Assembly (NCBI RefSeq): GCF_046119375.1
Contig: NW_027362769.1
Location: 108,438,001 to 108,502,000 of the forward strand
Origin: Phyllobates terribilis
Taxonomy: Eukaryota
DNA: 64,000 nucleotides
Reading direction: 5' to 3'
The position numbers were made by a program, and so were the translations under genes. Positions 51,201 through 62,369 of the stretch are shown here, piece after piece (the first letter of the stretch is position 1; each line of letters starts with the position of its first letter). Under the pieces are notes generated by a model. It searched no databases. It saw only the letters and a program-made list of their open reading frames with translations, and was not told the DNA's origin.

Positions 51201-51652
51201 TCTCTACCTGTCCTCCATGTGTAGTACAGGGTCTGTCACTCTCTACCTGTCCTCCATGTGTAGTACTGGGTCTGTCACTCTCTACCTGTCCTCCATGTGT
51301 AGTACAGGGTCTGTCACTCTCTACCTGTCCTCCATATGTAGTGTGGGGTCTGTCACTCTCTACCTGTCCTCCACGTATAGTGTGGGGTCTGTCACTCTCT
51401 ACCTGTCCTCCATGTGTAGTACAGGGTCTGTCACTCTCTACCTGTCCTCCATATGTAGTGTGGGGTCTGTCACTCTCTACCTGTCCTCCACATATAGTGT
51501 GGGGTCTGTCACTCTCTACCTGTCCTCCATGTGTAGTGCAGGGTCTGTCACTCGCTACCTGTCCTCCACGTATAGTGTGGGGTCTGTCACCTACCCTCTA
51601 TGTGTAGTGCAGGGTCTGTCTCTTGCTACTTGCCCTCCATGTGTTGTGCGGG
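36300..51652 (+). repeat. 39-bp satellite array I (~15.3 kb, ~390 units), consensus TGTGTAGTGTGGGGTCTGTCACTCTCTACCTGTCCTCCA
   Basis: Continuous tandem units with recurring variants and 37/38-bp deletion units; kb-scale internal duplications. Confidence 0.98.
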
Positions 51653-51944
51653 CAGGGGCATAACGATCGCGATTGCAGAGGGTTCGACGGTGACCAGGCC
51701 CAAGCAGGAGGGGCGCCCGCCGACACCAGGGCCTATTTCAGCTGAATGTGCAACCTCGACACACATTCAGCTGAAATGTATTGCAGAGCAGATACCCGCC
51801 GGGTCCCTACACGGAAATACATGATACTGCTGGGAGTGGGAGAAAGTAAGAAGAATCGTTTTGTTTTTTCCTAAATATGTTAGTTAACACCGGAAAAACA
51901 CTGATCATTATTACATGATGGGCAAGGAAGCTGGGACATTAGAC

Positions 51945-52560
51945 TAGGAAGGGGCCCAGTATGGGGAACATATATTACTGGAAGGGCCCCAGGATGGGGG
52001 ACATTACATCAGGATGGGGAATATTATTACTGGAAAGGTCCCAGGAAGGGAGAAATATATTACTGGAAGGAATTCAGGATGGGGACATTACACCAGGATG
52101 GGGAACATTATTACCTGAAGGGGCCCAGGTAGGGGGACACATATTACTGGAAGGAACCCAGGATGGGGACATTACACCAGGATGAGGGATATTATTACTG
52201 GAAGGGGCCCAGGAAGGGGGACATATATTACTGGAAGGGGCCCAGGAAGGGGGACATATATTACTGGAAGGGGCCAAGGATGGGGTCATTACACCACTAT
52301 AGGGGACATTATTACTGAAAGGGGCCCAGGATGGGTGACACATTACAGGAAGGATCCCAGGATGGGGACAATAGACCAGGATGAGGAAACTATTACTGGA
52401 AGAGGCCCAGGATGGGGGACATACATTACTGGAAGGGGCCCACAATGGGGGACATATATTACTGGAAGGGGCACAGGATGATGAACATTATTACTGCAAG
52501 GGGGACAGGATGGAGGTCAATACTACCGAAAGGGGCCCAGGATGGAGGACATTAGTACAT
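51945..52560 (+). repeat. Minisatellite ~31-32 bp GGGGACATATATTACTGGAAGGGGCCCAGGAT inside the hAT element
   Basis: Tandem units seen directly. Confidence 0.88.
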
Positions 52561-53087
52561 TATGGGTGGGTGCAACACATACACAGTTAGGTCCATATAT
52601 ATTTGGACAGAGACAACATTTTTCTAATTTTGGTTCTAGACATTACCACAATGAATTTTAAACAAAACAATTCAGATGCAGTAGAAGTTCAGACTTTCAG
52701 CTTTCATTTGAGGGTATCCACATTAAAATTCGATGAAGGGTTTAGGAGTTTCAGCTCCTTAACATGTGCCACCCTGTTTTTAAAGGGACCAAAAGTAATT
52801 GGACAGATTAAATAATTGTAAATAAAATGTTCATTTCTAGTACTTGGTTGAAAACCCTTTGTTAGCAATGACTGCCTGAAGTCTTGAACTCATGGACATC
52901 ACCAGACGCTATGTTTCCTCCTTTTTAATGCTCTGCCAGGCCTTCCCTGCGGTGGTTTTCAGTTGCTGTTTGTTTGTGGGCCTTTCTGTCTGAAGTTTAG
53001 TCTTTAACAAGTGAAATGCATGCTCAATTGGGTTGAGATCAGGTGACTGACTTGGCCATTCAAGAATATTCCACTTCTTTGCTTTAC

Positions 53088-53453
53088 GGCTGCGTGCCCA
53101 CGTTGCGGATTACAAGCGCTTTTGATGCGGATTTTCCGCAGCATAAACGCTTGTAAAACGCTTGTCAATCCGCACCCCATGGTCCCCAATGAGAATCCGC
53201 AAGTTCTATGCCCATGCTGCGGATTTTTCCGCAGCGTTTATACTGCGATCAAAAATCCGCAGCATGTTCATTAATTTTGCATTTGCGCATGCGGAATTGC
53301 CTTATTCAATGCATGAAAAAACGCAAGGCAATTCCGCATGTCGAAAACACGTTAAAAACGCGCGATAAACGCATGCGGAATTCCGCATGCGTTTTTCCGG
53401 GAGAGGACATGCGGAAATTTTCTGCTTCATTTCCGCAACGTGGGCACATAGCC
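53088..53453. mobile_element. Harbinger/PIF-type MITE inside the Tc1 transposase
   Basis: TIR GGCTGCGTGCCCACGTTGCGG / CCGCAACGTGGGCACATAGCC. Confidence 0.78.
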
Positions 53454-53590
53454 ATATAAACTCCTGGGTTGCTTTGGCTTTATGTTTTGGGTCATTGTCC
53501 ATCTGTAGTATGAAACGATGACCAATCAGTTTGGCTGCATTTGGTTGGATCTGAGCACACAGTGTGGCTCTGAATACATCAGAATTCATT

Positions 53591-54861
53591 TGTGGTGCCC
53601 CGAGGGTTCGGTTGCCACAGGGGTATTGCACCTCAACCAGAGGTGTGATATTCCACTCCCAGGTAAGGATGGACTGTGGACCAGGGTTCAGTTAGCTGCA
53701 TACACACACTCACCCCATTTCCAGGGGACAGCTCGACGGTGCTCCCATTTATGCAGGCACGACTGACCATGTCCCTGGCTGGAGTGGGGAGGGGGGAGAG
53801 AACCCAGTGATGTAGGAGCAGTAGGGGACGGTTTCTGGAGCATAGGAAGGAGCTCATTGGGTGCAGGTCACCTGAGCTCAGGCACAGAGAAGCAGATAAA
53901 AGGTGGGAGCCATCTTTAGAGTAGAGTTCAGAGCAGCAGAGCGAGAGAGTTGACAGGGAGCTGTGGCTCAGCCTGAGCTCAGCTCCACGAGGCAGGCCTG
54001 GAGAGAAGGCCGGGGCCAGAGAGGAGAAGAGGAGAAGGAGAAGGAAGGAAAGAGGAGAGACAGAGGAGTAGAAAGGCTCCAGAAACAAGAAGGCAGAAGG
54101 GACCCTAAGAGAGCAGAACGGACAGCAACCGTTGCAAGCCCGCGTTATATCGGGTGAAGGGTCAGGCCGTGGAAGGGTACCGGGTTCCCAAGTTGGTGGA
54201 GGTAAATCATCCCTCAGCCAAGAACCGGAGGTCGTGATCATTTATTGGTGCCACCCCTTGCTACACCCGCTAGGAAGGCACCACATAGGGTCAGGGAAAC
54301 TGGCGCCAAGTTTTACCAGAGAAGGCCCGAGGCAGCCGGACAGAAGCGTGGTCACTGGTGGGGCACGAGAGGCCAGAGAGAGGCCAGAGAAAGGATAGAA
54401 GGGGGTCCTGTGCCACACTCCTGAGTTGCCTGGGGGTTGACCGAGCCCCTCACCTGGTGGACGCAGCACGGCTTGGGCAGTCATTGCTGACAGAAGTGAC
54501 ATGGATAACAACTGTGAGTAAAAGGCCTGAACTGCACCATTGGACTCTGTGTGATTTATGCTGCGCCTGCACCATCACCCCCGGCATCCACCTACATTGC
54601 CTTGAGGCTACACTCTTCCCGTGGGGAGTTATCCTATCCCTGTGCTGCACACCAACACCAGCCTCAGCGGTCTGCCTTGCAGCGGCGGTCATCCCTGACC
54701 GCAATCCACGGGTGGCGTAGTCTGACATTCCCAAATCTATAAATAGACTGCCACAGCATTTGGCCTGACCACCCTGAGCCACAGGATCGGGTTGCCACTA
54801 CTACCCCCAGCATCGCACAGAAGCCCAGTTCCGGGTGCCCCACGGCCCAGGGGACGAGTCA
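53591..54861 (+). mobile_element. Solo LTR, ~1.25 kb family, copy B (opposite orientation to A and C)
   Basis: TGTGGTG...GAGTCA; 4-bp TSD CATT (53587-53590, 54862-54865). Confidence 0.88.
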
Positions 54862-55987
54862 CATTCGGCTGCTTCTGTCCTGTGTCACATCATCAATAAA
54901 CACTAGTGACCCAGTGCCACTGGCAGCCATGCATGCCCAAGCCATCACACAGCCTCCGCCGTGTTTTACAGATGATGTGGTATGCTTTGGATCATGAGCT
55001 GTACCACGCCTTCGCCATACTTTTCTCTTTCCATCATTCTGGTAGAGGTTGATCTTGGTTTCATCTGTCCAAAGAATGTTCTTCCAGAACTGTGCTGGCT
55101 TTTTTAGATGTTTTTTAGCAAAGTCCAGTCTAGCCTTTTTATTCTTGATGCTTAGGAGTGGCTTGCACTGTGCAGTGAACCCTCTGTATTTACTTTCATG
55201 CAGTCTTCTCTTTATGGAAGATTTGGATATTGATACGCCTACCTCCTGGAGAGTGTTGTTCACTTGGTTGGCTGTTGTGAAGGGGTTTCTCTTCACCATG
55301 GAGATTATTCTGCGATCATCCACCACTGTTGTCTTCCGTGGGCGCCCAGGTCTTTTTGCATTGATGAGTTCACCAGTGCTTTCTTTCTTTCTCAGGATGT
55401 ACCAAACTGTAGATTTTGCCACTCCTAATATTGTAGCAATTTCTCGGATGGGTTTTTTCTGTTTTTGCAGCTTAAGGATGGCTTGTTTCACCTGCATGGA
55501 GAGCTCCTTTGACCGCGTGTTTACTTCACAGCAAAACCTTCCAAATGCAAGCACCAACCTCAAATCAACTCCAGGCCTTTTATCTGCTTAATTGAGAATG
55601 ACATAACGAAGGGATTGCCCACATCTGTCCATGAAATAGCCTTGGAGTCAATTGTCCAATTACTTTTGGTCCCTTTAAAAACAGGGTGGCACATGTTAAG
55701 GAGCTGAAACTCCTAAACCCTTCATCCAATTTTAATGTGGATACCCTCAAATGAAAGCTGAAAGTCTGAACTTCAACTGCATCTGAATTGTTTAGTTTGA
55801 AATTCATTGTGGTAATGTCTAGAACCAAAATTAGAAAAATGTTGTCTCTGTCCAAATATATATGGACCTAACTGTATCTTTTTAGCGTTTAGAACATTAC
55901 AAGGGATAATACACCTGACCAACATGTAGGTGGGGGCCCAAATCCAAATTTCGCACAAGGGCTCATCGGCCTCTGGGTACGCCACTG

Positions 55988-58010
55988 AGTACAGGGTCTG
56001 TCACTCTCTACTTCCCCTCCTCCATGTGTAGTTTGGAGTCTATCACTCTGCCTGTCCTCTGTATGTAGTGTGGGGTCTGTCGCTCTCTACCAGTCATCTG
56101 TATGTAGTGTGGGGTCTGTCGTTCGCTACCAGTCATCTGTATGTAGTGTGGGGTCTGTCACTCTCTACCAGTCATCTGTATGTAGTGTGGGGTCTGTCGT
56201 TCGCTACCAGTCATCTGTATGTAGTGTGGGGTCTGTCGCTCTCTACCAGTCATCTGTATGTAGTGTGGGGTCTGTCGTTCACTACCAGTCATCTGTATGT
56301 AGTTTGGGGTCTATCGCTCACTACCAGTCATCCGTATGTAGAGTGGGGTCTGTCGCTCGCTACCAATCACCTGTATGTAGTGTGGGGTCTGTCGCTCGCT
56401 ACCAGTCATCTGTATGTAGTGTAGGGTCTGTCGCTCGCTGCCAGTCATCTGTATGTAGCATGGGGTCTGTCGCTCACTACTAGTCACCTGTATGTAGTGT
56501 GGGGTCTGTCGCTCACTATCAGTCATCTGTATGTAGTGTGGAGTCTGTCACTTACTACCAGTCATCTGTATGTAGTGTGGTATCTGTCGCTCACTACCAG
56601 TCACCTGTATGTAGTGTGGGGTATGTCGCTCACTTCCAGTCGCCTGTATGTAGTTTGGGGTCTGTCGCTCACTACCAGTCACCTGTATGTAGTGTGGGGT
56701 CTGTCGCTCACTACCAGTTATCTGTATGTAGTGTGGGATCTGTCGCTTGCTACCAGTCATCTGTACATAGTGTGGGGTCTGTCGCTCACTACCAGTCACC
56801 TGTATGTAGTGTGGGGTCTGTCGCTTACTACCAGTCGCCTGTATGTAGTTTGGGGTCTGTCGCTCACTACCAGTCACCTGTATGTAGTGTGGGGTCTGTC
56901 GCTCACTACTAGTTATCTGTATGTAGTGTGGGATCTGTCGCTTGCTACCAGTCATCTGTATGTAGTGTGGGATCTGTCACGCTCTACCTGTCATCTGTAT
57001 GTAGTGTGGGGTATGTCGCTCACTTCCAGTAGCCTGTATGTAGTTTGGGGTCTGTCGCTCACTACCAGTCACCTGTATGTAGTGTGGGGTCTGTCGCTCA
57101 CTACTAGTTATCTGTATGTAGTGTGGGATCTGTCGCTTGCTACCAGTCATCTGTATGTAGTGTGGGGTCTGTCACTTACTACCAGTCATCTGTATGTAGT
57201 GTGGGGTCTGTCGCTCACTACCAGTCACCTGTATGTAGTGTGGGGTCTGTCGCTCACTACTAGTTATCTGTATGTAGTGTGGGATCTGTCGCTTGCTACC
57301 AGTCATCTGTATGTAGTGTAGGGTCTGTCGCTCACTACCAGTCATCTGTATGTAGTGTGGGGTCTGTCGCTCACTACCAGTCATCTGTATGTAGTGTGGG
57401 GTCTGTCGCTCACTACCAGTCATCTGTATGTAGTGTGGGGTCTGTCGCTCACTACCAGTCATCTGTATGTAGTGTGGGGTCTGTCGCTCACTACCAGTCA
57501 TCTGTATGTAGTGTGGGGTCTGTCGCTCACTACCAGTCACCTGTATGTAGTGTGGGGTCTGTCGCTTACTACCAGTCATCTGTATATAGTGTGGGGTCTG
57601 TCGCTCACTACCAGTCACCTGTATGTAGTGTGGGGTCTGTCGCTCACTATTAGTTATCTGTATGTAGTGTGGGATCTGTCGCTTGCTACCAGTCATCTGT
57701 ATGTAGTGTGGGGTCTGTCGCTCACTACCAGTCATCTGTATGTAGTGTGGGGTCTGTCGCTCACTACCAGTCACCTGTATGTAGTGTGGGGTCTGTCGCT
57801 CACTACTAGTTATCTGTATGTAGTGTGGGATCTGTCGCTTGCTACCAGTCATCTGTATGTAGTGTGGGGTCTGTCGCTCACTACCAGTCATCTGTATGTA
57901 GTGTGGGATCTGTCGCTCACTACCAGTCATCTGTATGTAGTGTGGGGTCTGTCGCTCACTACCAGTCATCTGTATGTAGTGTGGGGTCTCTCACTGTTCT
58001 ACCTGTCCTC
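55988..58010 (+). repeat. 39-bp satellite array II, derived variant TGTATGTAGTGTGGGGTCTGTCGCTCACTACCAGTCATC (~50 units)
   Basis: Same length and core as array I with a diagnostic CCAGTCATC segment; array-I-type units at both edges. Confidence 0.96.
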
Positions 58011-58197
58011 TAGGAAGGCCACAAATTTTAATGAAGATAAACCACACCCCTTAAAAAAAAAACCATGCTACCGTTTCACACCCTCAACATAATGACAAAG
58101 AATCAGAAAAATAACAGAATTGAAAGAAAAAATAGATTAGAATGTAAAAGTGTTATATTCATTGTGAGGTTTACTGGGAACTTGTTTATAGACATTG

Positions 58198-58500
58198 TCA
58201 CTGCAGCTCTGGAGGTGACTAGAGTATAAGATATGATTATAACAGCAGAATAGTGGCTGTAGCTCTGGATGTGACTGAAGGATAAAATCTGATGTGACAG
58301 CACAATAGTAGCTGCAGCTCTTGAGGTGACTGGAGTAGCAGTCTTGATGTAACAGCAGGATAGAAGAGGCAACTGGAGTATATGACAAACTAAAACAGCA
58401 GAACAGTGACTGCTGATTCAGATGTAACAGGAGCATAAGACATGATGTAACAGCAGAATAGTGAGTGCAGCTCTGGATGTGACTAGAGTATAAGACATTA
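58198..58500 (+). repeat. Degenerate ~55-bp tandem repeat (GCAGCTCTGGAGGTGACTGGAGTATAAGACATGATGTAACAGCAG family)
   Basis: Four to five diverged units seen. Confidence 0.7.
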
Positions 58501-59447
58501 TTGGTAGAGTGGAGTTTATCAGTGAAGTAGGAGTTGCCTTGGATTTAGGAGTCACAGTAGAGCCTGAGTGGGATGATCACTGCTGTGCTGCACTCCTGGC
58601 TTTAGCCCTGCCGAGTGAAGGTGATTATAAGAGGAAAGTGCCTGTATAAGGGCTCGCTCACATGATGTATCTGATGTTTTATCAGATAGCACCAGGACCA
58701 ATATTATTCTATGGGGCAGTGCTGATCAGTGTTTTTTTTTCTCATGCCGATGACTGCTCAAATCGTATGTCACGCACCCATTCTAGTCTATGGGTGCGTG
58801 GAAATCATGACATCTGAGTGCAGTCTGATTTCCAAGGACTCAGAATGGAGAAGATTGAAAAAAAAGTCTGTTTTCTTAAAGGACTCTCGGTTAAAACAAC
58901 TTATCACCTATTCGCAGGATGGGCGATAGCTTATGGATTGGAGGGGTCTGACTGTTGGGTTTGCACTGATTGGCAAAATGTGGCCCAATAGGGAATGAAT
59001 AGCGCGGCAGTCGAGCATGCGCACTGCTACTCCATTTTAATGTGGATGAAAGCGCTCTTTTCTGCAAATCGTATGGGTCCCAGTGGTTGGACCCCCACCA
59101 ACAGGGGTGTATCGTTTATAGCAGTAGACCACGCACGGCCCTGGGCCCTCCCCCCGCCTGTTGTCACAAGTTCAGCAGTATGTACTGTGAGGGAAGGGGC
59201 ACTGTAGGGGCACCATGCTGTGGCGGTGTTATACTGTGTTGGGGGCACTTTTGGGGTATTATATTGTACAAATGGGGGGGACCGACTTAACCCTGCTTAT
59301 TTCACTAAATATTTTTTGGAGGGGAAGGGTACCAATTAGAACTTTTGATATGGGGCCCCATGATTTCTATGTATGCCCATACCCCCCCAATCAATCAGTT
59401 ATTTATCACTTATCATGTGGATAATAACTCACCAGACAACCACTTTA

Positions 59448-59633
59448 GGCCACGTTCAGTATTTGGTCAGTATTTTACATCAGTATTTGTAAACCAAAAC
59501 CAGGAGAGGAACAATCAGAGGAAAAGTATAATAGAAAAACGCCACAACTTCTGTATTTATCACCCACTCCTGGTTTTGGCTTCCAAATACTGATGTGAAA
59601 TACTGACCAAATACTGATTGTGTGAACATGGCC
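59448..59633. mobile_element. Palindromic Harbinger/PIF-type MITE
   Basis: TTA|GGCC...GGCC|TTA 3-bp TSD; long inverted arms. Confidence 0.8.
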
Positions 59634-60111
59634 TTATAGAAAACACATCATTAGATTCATGTTGTCTGAATCAATGGCAGCAGGAATCAAGAGTTTGGCT
59701 CCGTTTTTTATTTTCCTCCTCTTGCAAAATCGGTTTCCTCCTTGGACAATGTCTGTTTCCTCCCTGGGCAAAATCTTCTTTATTCGGATTAAAAAGAAAA
59801 GAAAATTATCTTTAAATTACCATTTCTTCCCCATTCACAATCTCCCTCCTCTCCTGCAGCCCTAACATGACAGCATCACGTCCAGAGGTCGCGGTACATT
59901 CTTTTATAAAGGGGTAAAATTGCCCTCAAAATTTCTAAGAGGAGTATTATTAACCAAGGAGGAATATGTAGTTTGCAGTAACCCAAATTTATAGGACATA
60001 CGTACAGTATAATGCTAAGACCTCGCTATTTGTGCAGGAAACAGAAACTGTATCTGATGCTCCAATGTCATCTGGGGAAAACGAGATATCGCTCATCTGC
60101 AGCATAGGTGA

Positions 60112-61334
60112 TGACGCGCCCCCTGGGCTGTGGGGTACCCGATGCCGGGCCGGTAGATGCTGGGGGTTGTAGTCACAGTGGCGTTGACCTGGTCCGTGAC
60201 CCAGGGCGGTCAATCCAAGGGAAATTATATTTATAGGTTTTATTAAAGAGTAAGACTACGCCACCTGTGGAATGCGGCTAAAGGGAGCCACCGCTGCAGA
60301 GCAGTCCTCTCAAGCTGATGTTACTGCAGCAGGGATGGTGTGGCTCTCCACAGGAAGAGCTAGCTCCAGGGCAGTGTAGAAGATGTTGCAGGTTGTGCTG
60401 GGCGTTGTAGTACAGGGAGTGATGGCGCAGCAAGAAACACAGAGACAAGGTGGTGCAGTCCCAGGGTCTTTACTCACAGTTATTGCAGTCCAAGTTACAG
60501 AGCTCAATATAACTGTCCACGTCGTGCTGCGTTTACTCAGTGAGGGGTTCAATCCACCCTCAGACAGCTCCGGAGTACTTAGCAGGACCCCCTTCTGTGT
60601 CTTCTCTCTGGCTGTCTCCCTGAACCTCATACCAAGTGTCCCAGTCCAGTATCTGCAGGCTTTAGCGGGCGACGTCTGTTCCGTCCCCTGGGTCCTATGT
60701 AGCTACCTTCCTGGGGAGACTGGCATGGAATGTTGGCTACAGGACATGAAATACTGCAGCCTCCGGTTTCTAGTTAAGATATACAATCTTTTGCTAGTTG
60801 AGGGATCCGGTACCCTGTATGCAGCCTGACCCCTCCACCTCCCGGTAGATGCGAGCGTACGGATGGCCTCCTGCACGGCCCGTACCCCTAGGGTCCCTTC
60901 TTCCGTTCCTGGAGCCTTCCTGCTCCCTCTCCTCTCTTCTCTCCTCTCAGACTTGGGCCTCACTATCCAGGCCCGCTTCTGGAGCAGAGCTCCTCCAGAG
61001 CCTCCGCTCCTGTCACTTCTCCTCTGACTGGCATGTCTTTCTAAGATGGTGTCTGTACTCATATCTTTCTTCTATGTGCTTCCCTTAACTACTTCCTCCA
61101 CCCACACCCACTACGTGGTTCCCCTATACTAGGTCCCCCCTCACTCCAGCCAGCCAGGGACCAGGGACTGTGCTCTCCCGTAGGAGCAATCTCGCCCTGC
61201 CCGCTGGAGTGTGGTGTAGTGAATGCAGGTGTTAGGGTCCTGAGCCATACTCCTTCCTTACCTGAGAGTGAGATACCACACCTCTGGGTGAGATGCAGTA
61301 TCTCTGTGGCGACCGAACCCTCAGGGGTGCCACA
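60112..61334 (-). mobile_element. Solo LTR, ~1.25 kb family, copy C
   Basis: TGACGCG...GCCACA; 4-bp TSD GTGA (60108-60111, 61335-61338). Confidence 0.85.
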
Positions 61335-62193
61335 GTGACATCTTGTTGATTGGTGGGAGCCGGACCTCAGGGACCCTCAGCAATCGGCGGAACTGGGCAT
61401 TTACCTTTCCATTATACCGTGGTTACTGGTTAGAGATGTCAGAGGGGGCATGATAGGAGTGAGGGGCATTCAGCAGACCACCCGGGACAGCAGGGTGTAG
61501 ACCCAAATCTGGGACTGTGTCGCTGCATTCGGGACAGTTGGGACCTCTGGATTTATTTTTTGTTAATTTATTCATAGTTGTAGAAGCCAGAACTTTAATT
61601 TTTACATAAGCTTCACTATATGAGGTTCTTCTTTTTTGTGTCTGCAAAGCACCAAACTGCACAGCAACAATCGTCTCTGGTTTTACTGATTTTTCCTTCA
61701 TTTTTTATTATGCATATTCCCCCTTATTTGATGCGTTTTTGGTGCAAATTTGAAGTGTTTTTAATGCTTTTTTATAGTACAGAAAGCTTTGATTTGGCAC
61801 TTAAATACGCGGCTGCATTTTTTTTTACATGCATAAAAGCCTATAAAGAAAAAAACAAGCACCAAAACTGCACAGTTGGACGCACACAGGCGCAGCTTTC
61901 ATGAAATCACATCCACTTTGCTCGTACAGTTAAACGCAGCAGAATTTCTGCACAAAAAACGAGGCAACATTTATGCTGCGTGTGAACATGGCCTAAACTG
62001 TTCAAGCAAAGCGGATGTGACACCTGCTGAGACGTATGTGATACGCATGTATTGCGCGTGCACCTCGGCAGGTATGCAGGGTCATATTGTCATCGGCGCT
62101 ATTCATTTGAAAGTTAATGACACTGGGATACCAGTCTGTCTCTGCTTTCAGCCATTATTCCTCCCCCATCTTTTAGCTGCAAAATGGTTTCCA

Positions 62194-62272
62194 ATAGCAA
62201 CCAATCAGATCCCTGCTAACGTTTTCTAAGCAGCACTGTAAATATGAAAGCTGGATCCTGATTGGTTGCTAT
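62194..62272. mobile_element. Small palindromic MITE-like repeat with CCAAT motifs in both arms
   Basis: ATAGCAACCAATCAGATCC ... GGATCCTGATTGGTTGCTAT. Confidence 0.6.
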
Positions 62273-62369
62273 GCGGACCACGCTTCTCTATGGGGAATTG
62301 CTCTTTGTGCAGTTGTCTGATCTGCTATAACATAGGCTCTATGTGATATAACATAGGCTCTATGTGATC

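Larger units (their letters stand above)
52584..55874 (-). mobile_element. Tc1 (DD34E) with ~230 bp TIRs, interrupted by a MITE and a solo LTR
   Basis: CAGTTAGGTCCATATATATTTGGAC termini, TA at 55875-55876; transposase pieces 55563->54862, 53590->53454 and 53087->~52840 join to ...WTDE...MDNDPKH...WPSQSPDLNPIE. Confidence 0.92.
51653..55987. mobile_element. hAT-like non-autonomous element (~1.04 kb without nested inserts) inserted in the satellite
   Basis: Termini CAGGGGCATAAC / GTACGCCACTG; 8-bp flanks TGTGCGGG and AGTACAGG are the same register of the 39-bp unit. Confidence 0.72.

Noticed and set aside
36300-51652. G-quadruplex array hypothesis for the satellite
   Set aside because: Only one G3-4 run per 39 bp on the plus strand, so loops are too long for a canonical G4
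36495-51663. Long ORFs (up to 674 aa) of CSVGSVTLYLSSM, VVWGLSLSTCPPC and THGGQVESDRP repeats
   Set aside because: They arise because the 39-bp unit is a multiple of 3 and lacks stops in several frames; they overlap on both strands and break at 37/38-bp units
15840-58010. CRISPR-like regular repeats
   Set aside because: Head-to-tail units with no unique spacers, no cas genes, vertebrate context
56068-58092. Repetitive ORFs in satellite II
   Set aside because: Same 39-bp frame artefact
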